The notes: generated by a model from the letters alone, not told the origin. DNA of 64,000 bases from Octopus sinensis (GCF_006345805.1 NC_042997.1:45198001-45262000); one strand, 5' to 3'. Positions 26,400 through 40,792 are shown, counted from the first letter of the stretch. Program-made: numbers and translations.

Positions 26400-28476
26400 G
26401 TGGGGTTACAAAACTGTCCCAACTTATTAACACTGTCCCACCATCCAAGCCAGCTTGAAATTATGTCTCTGATTTTTGGAAATCTGGAAAAATTTTACTC
26501 ATGATTTTTATCCTGGTTTGTCAGAAAAGTCATCAGGTATCGATATTAATTAATCTTCCCAGCACTTCATGAAACATGTAGCAGGATTTGAAACTAAAAC
26601 CCTTTGTTTCACTCACATGCATAAGCCATAATATTCAGAACTCTTCCTTTGATTGCACAAAAGAAAGAAAAAAGGTCCCTGGTTGGCAAAGGCAAAACAT
26701 TTTCATTGGCTGAGAGAAAGAATTTGCATATCAATAACAGGTAATGTTAGGCTTTAGAGAACATCTGTTTTGCATGAGGAACAGAGACAGATTGTAGGGC
26801 TTGGACAATTCAATTTGTCCCACAGGCAATTCACCAAAGTTACTAGAGGATCCTGTACAGCTAACCACTGATGAATAACCAAGTTATCTCTTTATATTTT
26901 TGTCTTTTATCTTTTAGTCTGTCTTAACCAAACCACAGATAACTGCTGGATTTTTGACAACAGTACTTAAATCTTTTCCTTACACACACACACAATTATG
27001 GAAACATACACCTTTCCTGTGAGCACATGTACATGAACTTCTGGATTAAGTAACAATGAATTTGTTTGTTGTTTCATGAATAAGCAATTTAATCTGCATA
27101 TTCATCACTATTTTCTTGCTATGTTAGTGATTGTAAATTTCCCCTGGCGTTGGCATATCCCAGAATAAACCAGTTGTAATATATATTTCATATTTCACTT
27201 TACTTTGAAATTTCATCCATATTTCTCTTGAAAGAATTTTGATTTAGTTTTACCTTGTCAAAAAGAGCAAGAACATTTATGGAAAAACTCAAGAAAGATT
27301 ACCCTTTTCTAACAGAGTAAAATACAATCGCTGTTTTGCAGAGTTCTCTGTGGCACATAAATGTAGATTGGATACAAATAAATCATTTGAAATCTCAAAG
27401 GCACAAAATGTGTTTTGTTGCTGTTCATTACAATTAGATACATTTTTTTAAATGTCAGAAATAATTGAATTGGAGCTTCTTGTCTCTATAGAAACCACTT
27501 TTACTTCTTGTACCATTTCTCATCAATTGAGTTTCAAGACATCTGACTGTTTGCCAAAATTGGTCTCAAAACTTTTTTGAGATCCAAAGTTTTGTTTAGC
27601 ACAATTTTAAATGTAATTTCACCAATGGCTAAATCTGAACTTGCTAATGACCTAGCAGGGACAAATTTTGTGATGATATCTGTGGATGCTTTGAGAATTG
27701 AAAAGATGTTGAAATAATACTTTTTTTATTATTTGATATTAGATTCCAAGTCAGAGGGTAGAAGTCAAATTTTTGGATATGCACACGATTTCAGTTGATT
27801 TGGATGAGATACTGACAAATGCCTTAGTATCAGTTATTGACTGTTAGGGGTTGACAAAAAAAGTCGTTGGATTTTGAGAAGACTACTGTATAAACAGGCA
27901 TGAACAACATATTGAGCTGATTAAAACCAAACTTGGAAAGGATCTTGTTGGTATTGGCTGTGCTGCTCACATTATGCACAACTGTCTCCAAGCAGTTGTT
28001 GATCTATTACCAATTGATACTAAAGCACTTATTGTGAAAATTTTCAAATAAAAGTATGCTTAGTTGAATATATTTTTAAATGCTACTGTTACATTTGACA
28101 ATATTTTACATGCATAAGCTGTCAAGAACAGAATATCTGCTTTGTATATTTGTTTCTGTTCCCTGTCTATCTATGTCCATCAATCAGACTCTCAACCTTC
28201 TAAATGATGGAGACAAAGCATACATCTTGCAAAGCCAGGTGTATCACTTCAACACTTTCTAGAAATCACTTTCATATCAGAAGAAAACATGCAATTATGT
28301 TAACTTTTGCAGAAAGAAAATCCCCAGACCCTTTGGCTGGTAGGAGAGGTGACTAGCTCTTCCTTAATAACCAACCTACATCTTGCAGTTTTTCAGACCT
28401 TGCACAATATTCTCATTGATTCTGGTTTCAATTCCCCATTGTCCCAGATTCACTTTTGAAAATTATAGTAGGCCCA
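26400..28476 (+). mobile_element. Degenerate hAT (Blackjack-like) transposon
   Basis: Transposase fragments at 27250-28050: FAEFSVAH, HLKSQRHK, LSFKTSDCL, GIGCAAHIMHNCLQAVVDLLPID (CxxH motif). TGTCCC subterminal motifs at both ends; boundaries approximate. Confidence 0.7.
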
Positions 28477-29093
28477 TTTATAGACAAACTATCATTTAGA
28501 TAAAAGGCATCAAGTTCTCAGGTAACCAAGTTTATCAGATATTGTCTGAATCTATTCTTAATCTTACACACAAGCTGGATGTAACCTTTATATAGATAAT
28601 ACTCATTTCTTTCATTGACATAAAGCTACAAGTTTATTTATTAAGAACTGATCAGATTAGGGTAGTAGTAAAAGACCATGGACAAGTGTCTTCTGCTGGT
28701 ACCCCTGGCTAGTTAAAGCCTTGTGAACAAATTTGGTAGATGGAAACTGTATTAAATCCACCCTGTGCATGTGTGTGCATGCACACACATGTGTGTGAGT
28801 GCATGTATGTTGATAATTTGGTTGTCATTATTAGAGTGAAGCAGTACTGATGTTAGTATTCCTTGTTGATATAAATAGTCACTCTATGTTTTCAAAGATC
28901 TGAGGAATATAAAAATTCTATACTTGAAAAAATATGCAAAGGTTGGAGACAGGAAGAGCATGCAACGGTAATATTGCACCTCAAAATCAATTACCATCGA
29001 AGTCATGACAGCATAGAAAAACAAATGTTAAACGAATGAATGAATGAAGTATATATGATTAAGAAATCTACTTTAGTATGTGTATATACACAC

Positions 29094-29450
29094 AGTGGAG
29101 GCACAATGGCCCAGTGGTTAGGGCAAGCGGACTCGCGGTCATAGGAACGCGGTTTCGATTCCCAGACTGGGCATTGTGAGTGTTTATTGAGCGAAAACAC
29201 CTAAAAGCTCCACGAGGCTCTGGCAGGGGATGGTGGTGATCCCTGGTGTACTCTTTCACCACAACTTCCTCTCACTCTTACTTCCTGTTTCTGTTGTACC
29301 TGTATTTCAAGGGGCCGGCCTTGTAATTCTTTGTGTCACGCTGAATATCCCCGAGAACTATGTTAAGGGTACACATGTCTGTGGAGTGCTCAGCCACTTA
29401 CACGTTAATTTCAACCGGAACCCTCATCGTCGTAATCGATGGAGTGCTTC
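29094..29450 (+). mobile_element. tRNA-derived SINE family D
   Basis: Shares about 185 bp of 5' sequence with the 11436 copy. Confidence 0.85.
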
Positions 29451-30799
29451 CCTACCTATATACACACACACATAATGTGTGTACCTGTTACTTATTTTAA
29501 CAAGCCCAGAGAGAAGAATGGGCCAATCAAACCTAGCATTATTTGAACTTAAACGTAGAGGATTTCAATATAATAGTGGAAAGTATTCAATCTGGCACTT
29601 AACTCTTTCTGTCACTGACAACTTCTGTTGTTCTTTTAACGAAACATCAATATAGAATGAAGAGGAGATGTACAAAGAAATTTAACATTAAATTTTAACA
29701 ACTAAAGCTTGATTCAGCCATTTATGCATGCTCCAATACACAAACTGTTGCCATACTTGTTAGCCGATCAAACCTGACCTACCTTGTTACATTTGGTGTG
29801 GTGCCAAATATAGGAAACATATACTTCTAAAGCAATGCCAGCATGGAAGAATAGGCATTAAAGACCGGTGATGAAGATAATGATAACGATGCTAATGATG
29901 ACATTGATAAGCTACAGTCGTTTCTTTCAAAAATGACTGAATTTAATTCGATACTTTGTGTTCTGTATCTCATATATCTTTTACTATTCCTCTCTGTGTT
30001 TCTGTATATTAATAATTAAAACTGAATCTTTGTTAAGAGAAAACAGTGTTACGTGTGTGATGTGTCTGTATGTTTGTGTGAGCATATCAGTCACTTTTAA
30101 TAGCAGCAAGTTTTAATTATTACAATTTGGAACTAATACTTCTGACAAAGCAGAGTGGCTGTGTGGTTTTGTAAGAAGGAACTAGTGACTGAAAGTTCAA
30201 GATCTGCAACTATTTCGGCACCATGCCTCCTAACACAATATAGAATATTTCTCAACTTGCTTTCTCACTTTCACAAACTAAACAAAATAAAAATAAAAAA
30301 ACACAACAGAAATAAAGAAAAGATAAGACTTCATAGTAGGAAGAGAAGCTTGTCTTCAAATGAGACTAGAAATACAAATATCAAGGATACGATAACAGAA
30401 AAATAATTGCAAAACAGTCATAAAATTTAAAAAGAAGAAAAGGATGCAAACAAGATACGTGGTAGTTTGTAATGAAAACTGTAAAATAAAAACTTGGTTT
30501 GGAGAATGACAGTAAAGTTTGTTAGAGATAGGCAAAGAAAAAAATAGAAAGCAATTACTGTAATTCATCATTTAGCGACCGTTTTCCATGCTGGCAAAAG
30601 AAAATGTACACCTACATGTGCTTGAAAGGACCATCTTAGAGAATTGCATCTTAAACAGTCTATAAATCAGGCTTATATAAAGTACAGGTTGGTCAAATTA
30701 GTCAATTACTAACCTAATGGCTGAGAGGTCAATGATTTGTATAGTGTTACAGGAAGTGTGTGATGTTGGTGGTAAAAGTCACTCAACTATCAATGTTTT

Positions 30800-30874
<75 letters not shown>

Positions 30875-31710
30875 AGAAAGCCGTGCAGAAATGTACAAGG
30901 TGAGTAAACTAGTGATACTCTTCATTGGCAAAAATTAGAGGAGTTGTGTGAATTAGTGACACTTTGCATTAATGTGTGATATTCAGCATTGACAAAAAGC
31001 TGGTGATACTCAGAATTGAAGAAAAGCTAGTAATCCTTTACATTGATAAAAATCTAGTGATGTCCTACAGTAAAAAACTCTCTAGCTTCCCAGAAGAAAT
31101 ACACTAAATGAGTAAACAAACGATACTCTGTATTAACGAAAAACCAGACAAGGTGAGTAAATTAGTGATAACCTACACAGACAGAAAAAAAACAGCTTAT
31201 GTACATTTATCTCACCTGCAAGAAAAAGTAGCCAAACCTTACATTGCATGCTACATCACCATCATCATCTTCATCATCATCATCATCATCGTTTAACATC
31301 TGCTCTCCATGCTGGCATGGGTTGGATGGTTTGATATGGAGATGGCTAGCAGGGAGTTATCTAGACTCTGTTTGTTTGTTGTGACATGGTTTCTGCAGCT
31401 GGATGCTCTTCCTAACGCCAACCATTTAGCAGAGTGTGCTGGGTGGTTTTTATGTTCCACCAGCACAGGTGTGTCTATCAGGCACCAGCACAGGTGCTTT
31501 TTAAGTGGCATTGACACCTGAAAGGACAAGCCTGTATGTATGGAAGGCAGCGATTTTACTTAGCTTCATGTGTCATATCAAATACAGCTACATTTTCAGA
31601 AATGTATTGACTGAACAATGATATACAAAAAGATGGGTTGGTCATGGCTGGAACACTTTTCATCATAAATTTGTTCAATGAATGTTAGACTGGAGATAAA
31701 CAACAAGCTA

Positions 31711-31826
31711 TGAGTGGGCACTGAAAAGTTCCTGGCTCTGGGTAAAAGAAAATCCAGGAAGATCAGTTAATCATGATTTTATTCAACATATTCCCCTCTC
31801 AGGTTCACACTTATTGCAGTGGTCCT
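31711..31826 (-). mobile_element. Mariner 3' end fragment
   Basis: The reverse strand encodes ..KC..LRGEYVE* followed by a TIR-like end (aacttttcagtgcccactca|TA). Confidence 0.65.
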
Positions 31827-32442
31827 CGAAAGGTTGGGCCTCTAACCAGGTCTTGAAAGGTTGGGCAAGACCTGATATCTAATCTCATCACCTCTGTTTG
31901 GTTAAAAAGAGATGATGAATGATGGCTAGAAGAATATTGAGTTATATTTGATAACCAGTTTATTTAGCAAGCGAGGCCTTAAATCAGTGAAAGGGGGTTT
32001 GTGTGCAATGATGCCATCAAGAAGTAAGACTCAAAACAGTGTGCATTCTCTCCTGATGAACCCATACACTTGCTGGTTTCCGGTATGCAGAGCTTTCGAC
32101 AGGTAACACTTGCATGTGCAAGTTGTTTGTAAAACATATTCATTCAACTGCTTCTGCTACTTCACTGCCTCAAAAGGCTGTGAAGTTATTGATCTGTGAG
32201 TTTAGTAAATGGCCACAAATATTAGGTGCTGTTGGTTTAATTGAATCTAATACTTAACTGGTACTTATTTCATTGACTTTGGAGTAAAGAAAGAGATTTC
32301 AGCTATAGGGTCACATGTGACTGTGCTTAAAAGTTTGGTTCCCAACCATATAGTTTAAAGTGTGACACCTTGGGCAAGTGTCTTCGCCATAGCTCTGAGT
32401 TAAGACCTGTGAATACATTTGGTAGACAGAAACTGAAAGAAG

Positions 32443-32671
32443 GCGAGGAGCTGGCAGAAATGTTACACGCTGGGCGAAATGCTTAACAGTATTTCGTCTG
32501 CCACTACGTTCTGAGCTCAAATTCTGCCAAAGTCGACTCTGCCTTTCATCCTTTCGGGGTTGATAAATTAAGTACCAGTTATACACTGGGTTCGATGTAA
32601 TCAACTTAATCCCTTTGTCTGTCCTTGTTTGTCCCCTCTAAGTTTAGTCCCTTGTGGGCAATAAAGAAATA
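32443..32671 (+). mobile_element. SINE family C nested in another SINE
   Basis: 15-bp TSD agaaactgaaagaag (32428-32442 / 32672-32686). Confidence 0.92.
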
Positions 32672-33894
32672 AGAAACTGAAAGAAGCCCATTGTGTATGT
32701 GTGTGTGTGTGTGGGGGGGTTCCTTGTCTTGACATTAATGTGACCCTTAATGAATGGTACCCTTAATGAATGTAATAGTTATGAGTGTAACTGTCATACA
32801 ATTAGAGTTCTATACTTTCAGTTTCCATGATAAAATATTTGGTCATACGGAACTATTACATCGGTTGGAAACAAGTGAGGGTTGTTGACAGGAAAGGTAT
32901 CCAGTCATATAAATCTGCCCTAATGAATTCTCTCTGGCCCGTCCAACATGGAAGAATGAATATAAAAACAATGATGATGATGATGATGATGAACTATGGA
33001 AGTACAGTGACAACTACCTGCTACAAGGCTTTTAATATGGAACACTACAATATAAGAATATTGTATAATTGACAAGTCAAGAAGGGAACCTTATCATGGT
33101 CATTCAACCTGTTAGAAATAGCAGTCAAATCTCTATGAAATTATGCCCTACTGTTCTGAAAGAACACACAGCCCTAAAATAATGTCTAAAATACTTTTGT
33201 AGTTTAACTGGCATTAAATAACAACTACATAATTGTATTAACAAAGGTTTGAACATGGATCATTGAAGGTGGCTGAATTGGTCCCAGGAAAAAAGGTAAA
33301 CGTGGTAGTGATGGGGGTGGTAGAATATAGCCTCAGGGTAACATGTCCAAGAAGGTGAATACAAGAGAACATGTAAACAGGAAACTCAGTAGAGATAAGG
33401 TTGCAAGTGTGTGAGAGGAGAGAGAGAGAGATATAAGCGTAGGGTGAAGTTGGTCAGATGTACAGAGGAGGTGAATGAAGTGAACGGTCAACAAGGCATG
33501 ATTGATAGTAAACATCAAGGAATGATATGAATGGACAGATGTCAGTTGAAGTTAGCTCAGTAGAGAGGGAGTAATGGATGACAGAAATTTCCAATAGAAA
33601 TTGTCTGCAGTGACAGGTTCTAATTTCATTACATGCAGCAGCTGAATAAAAGTAGATAGGTGAGTGATGGAGGGATTGCATGACAGGGAGAATAGGGGTG
33701 GATGTTAAAGGTCACAAGGGTGTGCAAAGGACAGTAAGTTATGGATAAAACAGGGTGGGGTTGAATGACAGTGAAGGTTACAGTAAGTACAGGTAGGGAG
33801 TAAGAAGAATGAGCTTAGAGGAGAGACCCATTTATCTGAGTGGGTGGGGAAAGGGGAGCAAAAATATATACATATATGTACCCAAAAATATACA

Positions 33895-34263
33895 TAGGCG
33901 CAGGAGTGGCTCTGTGGTAAGTAGCTTGCTTACCAACCACATGGTTCCGGGTTCAGTCCCACTGCGTGGCATCTTCGGCAAGTGTGAGTGGATTTGGTAG
34001 ACGGAAACTGAAAGAAGCCTGTCGTATATATGTATATATATATATGTGTGTGTTTGTGTGTCTGTGTTTGTCCCCGTAGCATTGCTTGACAACCGATGCT
34101 GGTGTGTTTACGTCCCTGTCACTTAGCGGTTCGGCAAAAGAGACCGATAGAATAAGTACTGGGCTTACAAAAGAATAAGTCCCGGGGTCGAGTTGCTCGA
34201 TTAAAGGCGGTGCTCCAGCATGGCCGCAGTCAAATGACTGAAACAAGTAAAAGAGAGTAAAAG
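33895..34263 (+). mobile_element. SINE family A
   Basis: Young copy with a short internal deletion. Confidence 0.9.
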
Positions 34264-34345
34264 ATATACAAATATGTACGCATGCACACACACACACACC
34301 TCTGGTTGTTTTAATGACAAGTATTCAGTTTTTCAATCAAATTAA

Positions 34346-34553
34346 TCCTTTAACATTTAAGCCAGCTATATCCAGCCAAAAATATTCTACCTATTTATGT
34401 TTAAACAAACTAGATCCAGCCTTTCACACCTATCCTACAATGTCATTCTAAGAATAAACACTCACATGATTGTAATCCTGAGACTATCATTAATTCAAAA
34501 CAGTGTGAATAAATAAGCATCATACTCAACAGAACAATCCAAATGCTAAAGGG
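34346..34553. mobile_element. piggyBac-like MITE
   Basis: TTAA on both sides; TIR tcctttaacattt / aaatgctaaaggg. Confidence 0.7.
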
Positions 34554-34955
34554 TTAAAATGGCAGATTATTCCAGTGACATATGTACCCAAAATGTAATC
34601 TTTGAGAAGAATTACCATGGCAATGGTGACAACTCTGGAATTCTGAATGAGAATTACAGGTACAATCCATCAAACAGGCTTATATATAACCCGGTAGGAA
34701 ACAGTACTTAATGTAATATTAATGTTTAAATGTTTAGTTATGACACAATATATAATTACAGACTATATCAGGATTGTGCTGAATAAGTTTAAAATATTAC
34801 TGTGTCTATAGAAATTCCTGGCCAAAGTGAAAAGGATCCATCAACAGATTAATAGATTAAGCAATACATAAATATGGTCTGCCATAACTATATCCTCGTA
34901 AGAATATTCCTAAGAACCCTACTGGTCTGTTCTCACGCTCTCTCTCTCTCTCTCC

Positions 34956-35002
<47 letters not shown>

Positions 35003-35747
35003 TATATATATATATGGAGAGAGAGAGAGAAACAAAGTAAACTGATGTAAATGTCTCTATTGGAAACATGAGACACTTGGAACAGATTCAAACTACGGAT
35101 GTATTAGTTGATGGTTCAAATACCACCAAGGTCAATGCGTTTACTTTTTACTGTCTCACAGTCAGAAAATTGATATAGCCACGTTATGTCCTGGGATTGG
35201 TTCAAATGACCATTCAATCTCATCAACGAAAGGATGTTAACAAAAGAGTCTCTATGTAGATTCACTATGGTTGAGAAAAATCTATAAGACAGTCGTGGAT
35301 GGAACACTTTTAATTATAGGTCTGCTCAACTGAATCCAAGCTGGAGCTAAACAAGAGCAGCAGCAATGGATAGCCACATGTCGATATAAAATATGATATT
35401 TGCATTACTTCTAATGTATGCATATGTCTGTAGAAAAGGCTAGGATTATGCAACGTTGGTAAGGGGTATGAAATTAATACAAAACTGAGTATTGAGATGA
35501 ACAAAAGAATTAAATAAAGGGAAATACATTAATATGTTAATCAGTAATATGTTTGATTTATTCTAAACTAAGTCCATATTATAGTGATTTATCTTCAAGC
35601 AGGCTGGCTATATTAGCTGGCTATAATTTTTGCTAATGTTGGTATATAAAAATATAAAATTATTGATGGCTTTCCACTTTGTAACATTAATTTTCAGAAA
35701 AATGTATAAAAAGAAAAATAGAAAATATTCTCAATTATTTGAGGCAA

Positions 35748-35806
<59 letters not shown>

Positions 35807-35948
35807 CATATAATAATTATAATAATAATAACACTATCAACAATGATAGTATAGACATAGTACAAAAAAAATTTATAAAAGATGTAATTCAATACTGTGG
35901 TTATCAAAATAAATATACACATTTTCAGACACTTCCACTCCAACATAC

Positions 35949-35949
<1 letters not shown>

Positions 35950-36007
<58 letters not shown>

Positions 36008-36106
36008 TATATATATTCGTGTATATGTATATAATACGAATATATATATATATATATACACACACACGCATATATTTGTGTATATGTATATAATACGTAT
36101 ATATAT

Positions 36107-36142
<36 letters not shown>

Positions 36143-36242
36143 ACACACACACACATATATATATTCGTGTATATGTATATAATACGAATATATATATATA
36201 TATATACACACACGCATATATTCGTGTATATGTATATAATAC

Positions 36243-36289
<47 letters not shown>

Positions 36290-36494
36290 TATATATATGT
36301 GTGTATTTGTGTGTATGTATATATGCATATTTACAAGTTGATGCAATAAAGATGAAAGCTGCATGTTAATTAAATGTACAAAATACAGAGTTTGAAAGAT
36401 ATCAAATTATTTGCTGTGTATGAACGTGCATATGGGTGTATGTATATGCACATATATATACACACACACACACATACATACATACATATATATA

Positions 36495-36562
<68 letters not shown>

Positions 36563-36640
36563 CACACACATATATATATATATATAATATATATATATAT
36601 ACATATATACACACACACACACACATATATATATATATTA
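35950..36640. repeat. Compound (TA)n/(CA)n minisatellite
   Basis: Unit acacgcatatattcgtgtatatgtatataatacg repeated 4 times. Similar tracts at 10440-11410, 12846-13120, 14226-14670, 58185-58362 and 61180-61430. Confidence 0.9.
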
Positions 36641-37102
36641 CTTTATATACATTTTAAATCATGACAACAAACAATGATATAATGGTATTTTGTAATAAAT
36701 TGGTGATGAGAATTTTATTAGTTTGCTGTCACAATACCAGCAGTATTATTTGAAAGAGAACAGTAGAATTATCAAAATTTATCAAGCCGATGCCCAAAGG
36801 GAAAATATTGCCAACAATATTATTAAATGAAAATCACTGCACACTGCAGGTCATAGCTATTTTCTAAACTATAACAAATATACCACTTGTTTCAGATGGA
36901 CACTTTCAGTTTATCATTATGAGTGTTGAAGGAGGTACTCCATACTCCATTCAGTGTGCACTTTGTCTAGATGTACGATTTGTTAGCGCAGTGGGAGAAA
37001 TCATAGAGTAGCATACATGAAGTATCCATATACAAATAGTTCTTCTCAAGAAAACTGAACTCAAATAACAATCAGTAAACCACGAGGAGACTAAGCACAA
37101 AT

Positions 37103-37505
37103 ATCCTTTTCTGTTATAGGCACAAGGCCTGTGATTTGTGGGGGTGGGGCTAGTTGATTACATCAACCGCAGCATTCAACTGGTACTTGATTTATTGACC
37201 TTGAAAGGATGAAAGGTGAAGTCAACCTCAGCGGAATTTGAACTCAGAATGTAAAGAAGGGCGAAATACCTATTTCTTTACTGCCCACAAGGGGCTAAAC
37301 ACAGAGTAGACAAACAAGGACAGACAAACGGATTAAGTCGATTACATCGACCCCAGTGCGTAACTGGTACTTATTTAATCGATCCCAAAAGGATGAAAGG
37401 CAAAGTCGACCTCAGCGGAATTTGAACTCAGAACGTAGTCGCAGAGAAAATACCGCTAAGCATTTCATCCAACATGTTAATTATTCTGCCAGCTTGACAC
37501 CTTAC
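37103..37505 (-). mobile_element. SINE family C dimer
   Basis: Two cores joined at aaagaaatag|gtatttcg. Other copies at 21440-21690(-), 54690-54880(-) and 58683-58900(+). Confidence 0.85.
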
Positions 37506-38058
37506 TAAGCATAAATATCAGTGAGTAGGAGGAGTCCATTCGCATACCCTGAGCAGACTAAGCATTATTTGTAAGTGAGCAGGAGCCCATTCACTTAGTG
37601 AGCTGAAATTTGAAAAAACCAAGAGTAGACTATTAAAAGCTGAAGGAACAAGCATGAATGCTATACTAAATGAACAATTAATATGGTGAGAAGTTTTTCT
37701 GAAGAAAATTATATTGAGCAACAAGCTAAAAATTTGAACAACAAACCACACAGACATTTAAATGAACAGGAGAGTGTATACAAATGGTTCATTAATGTCC
37801 ATGTACACTCTTCATGTAGCTTGAAATTTTCGTGTTATCATCATCGTTTAGCATCCGCTTTCCATGCTGGCATGGGTTGGACGGTTCAACTGGGGTCTGG
37901 GAAGCCAGAAGGCTGCACCAGGCCCAGTTTGATCTGGCAATGTTTCTACGGCTGGATGCCTTTCCTAACGTTATATATGAAATGATATTTTTCATATTTT
38001 AGACAGAAGCAAGAGAAAAGGAAAATGCATGCACACACACACACACACACATGAGCAT

Positions 38059-38261
38059 ATCTCTTTTACTCTTTTACTTGTTTCAGTCATTTGACTGCGG
38101 CCATGCTGGAGCACCGCCTTTAGTCGAGCAAATCGACCCCAGGACTTATTCTTTGTAAGCCCAGTACTTATTCTATCGGTCTCTTTTGCCGAACCGCTAA
38201 GTGACGGGGACGTAAACACATCAGCATCGGTTGTCAAGCAATGCTAGGGCGACAAACACAG

Positions 38262-38292
<31 letters not shown>

Positions 38293-38465
38293 CATATATA
38301 CGACAGGCTTCTTTCAGTTTCTGTCTACCAAATCCACTCACAAGGCATTGGTCGGCCCGGGGGTATAGCATAAGACAATTGCCCAAGATGCCACGCAGTG
38401 GGACTGAACCCAGAACCATGTGGTTGGTTAGCAAGCTACTTACCACACAGCCACTCCTGCGCCTA
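38059..38465 (-). mobile_element. SINE family A
   Basis: Full-length copy. Confidence 0.9.
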
Positions 38466-38519
38466 TTTATGCATTCACTATTAGTTTTCCAAAAAGACAG
38501 AGAGTGTAGAAGACTGTGG

Positions 38520-38940
38520 TGACTTTGATCCTTCTGTATGTCTGTGAGAGCTGGATTCTTACAGCTGACATGGAGTGAAGAATCTAGGCATTTGAGCACA
38601 AATGTTTCAGAAGGCTGCTACACATCGCATACACAGAGTACAACACAAAACAGTTCTGTGGGGCATCAAGTCAACAAATATGCTGGCTGGCAGGAAACAC
38701 TTCTTGTACAGGTGGAAAGATGGAAGCTTACTTGGTATGATCATGTATCTCACCAAAGCACCCTGCCCAAAACCATTCTTCAGGGCTCAGTTGAGGGACT
38801 GGGAGTGAAAGAGGGGCAGACAAAAAATACTGGTTTGAGGACATCAAGGACTGGACAGGTCACAACACAGCAAACCTGCTGTGCATGACAGAGAATAGAG
38901 ATCAGTAGTGACAGCTGACTATGAAAGCATCTTGAGCGGC
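38520..38940 (+). mobile_element. RTE-clade LINE ORF C-terminal remnant
   Basis: LLYVCESWILT..AFEHKCFRRLL; WKLTWYDHV..LPKTILQGSVEG; RGRQ..WFEDIKDWTG. Confidence 0.85.
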
Positions 38941-39094
38941 ACCTCAATGGTTGGCTGCATTAGTTAAGGAATCTTGAAGATGATGGTTTGTGGTAGGACA
39001 AATATTATACCATGTCATGCCTTTATGTGAAGTTTGGGTGTGGTTTGGAATGGATTACCCCCATCTTTTTGTTACTTGTGTAAAGAATAATTTG

Positions 39095-39439
39095 TGAAGG
39101 CACATGGTTCAGTGGTTAGAGCATTGGGCTAACAATCATGAGGTAATGAATTCGATTCCCAGACCCGGCTGCGTGTTGTATTCTTGAGCAAGACACTTTA
39201 TTTCACATTCCTCCAGTTCACTCAGCTGTAGAAATGAGTTGCGACATCACTGGTGCCAAGCTGTATTGGCCCCTTTTGCCTTTCCCTTGGATAACATCGG
39301 TGGAGTGGAGAGGGGAGGCCAGTATGCATGAGAGACTGATGGTCTTCTATAAACAACCTTGCTCAGACTTGTGCCTCAGAGGGTAACTTTCAAGGTGCAA
39401 TTCCATGGTTATTCATGACCGAAGGGGGGTCTTTACCCA
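39095..39439 (+). mobile_element. tRNA-derived SINE family E
   Basis: tggttcagtgg..ttcgattcc head, then cttgagcaagacacttta..ctccagttcactcagc core; related split copy at 52197-52760. Confidence 0.75.
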
Positions 39440-40464
39440 TTAAGGAATAATTTGGTTAATGAAGAGGACTTTAGAACAAATTAAGTTTGTATACAAAGAC
39501 TTCACTGTATTTAGCTTCATGCCTTTACTCTGAGTTTTGTAACTTTGCGAGATTTAACCTTGCCTTTCATCTTGCTGAGATCAATAAGAGTTTGTGAATT
39601 AATAAAAATCTAAATCCTTTGTGAAAATGTGTGGCCATGCAACAAGGTGAAAAATAATTATTATGTTTGGGATGAAAATAAATATTTGGCATCTATCTCA
39701 GCATAGCAGCTCTTTAACAATTTTGAAACATTTTTAGTCAAGCTTCAATAAAATTATTATTCCAAAGATTCTTTACTGTAAGAATTGCTTTTCACAAACA
39801 ACAATAAATAAATAAATATATTTATATATAAACAGAAAAACTATTTATTTGCTGCAAAGAATAATCATGAGAAGAACTGTCATCAACAAAAGAGCTGAAT
39901 TTTCATTAAAAGACATAATTCATGAAGTCTTGCTAAAAACAGACCATTTAGTTTGATAAAGCTATGTAAAAACTGTGTGCATGTTACGGCTAGATTAGCA
40001 ATCATCATAAGATATAAATTTTATACTATTTTGTCAGTTCATAATGTTTGATAGAAGCACTTATGTAAGTTAGCAAGACAGTTAAAACCATGATCTGTAG
40101 ACCATTGCAAATAAACAAGCGAGCAATGAGAACAAGGAATCTGCACTAATCAAATACTTGATATAAAACTGAGTTGATCTACAGCATATGATGTCATCAA
40201 TAACAAGGAAAACTTGAACGCAAAGAAGCTGTAATGAGGAATAACAATTCTCTTTACATACAAAATTCTCTGTAATTTACCACAAATAACAGATAACTAT
40301 GTTTAAATCAGGAATTCTCAAAGTAGATACAATGCTACTTGAGAAACAGTCAATGGTTTTCGATGATTGTAGAAACTTTTATTTCAGAAGTGCATCAGCA
40401 TGTATGCACGAGAGTGCGTCCGGTGAAATATAGTGAAACCAGAGTGGAGGCAAGGATATTTAAG

Positions 40465-40505
<41 letters not shown>

Positions 40506-40625
40506 GAAAGTCAGGCGGTATGAGATGAATATATCTATTTCACCAGCCATATGTTTATATCCTATAGCTCCTGATTTTATATACTTCTAGTGTGTGCATG
40601 TATGTGTGTGTGTATATATATAGAT

Positions 40626-40792
40626 ATATGCTTTATTTAAAGCAGCAGAAAATTCAATAAAACCTGTTACTCTGAGTTTCACGTTACCGTTCGTCGGACA
40701 GTTTTTCTAGCAAAAACTGTCCGACGAACGGGAATGTGAAACTCAGAGTAACAGGTTTTGTTGAATTTTCTGCTGCTTTAAATAAAGCATAT
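40626..40792. repeat. 81-bp near-perfect inverted repeat (Penelope pLTR-like)
   Basis: Arms 40626-40706 and 40712-40792, 5-nt spacer, AATAAA near the outer ends, flanked by (TA)n. Confidence 0.9.

Noticed and set aside
32050-32105. Further hammerhead candidates (CTGATGA at 32053; also near 11340, 2914 and 26868)
   Set aside because: No properly placed GAAA or pairing stems; too degenerate to support.
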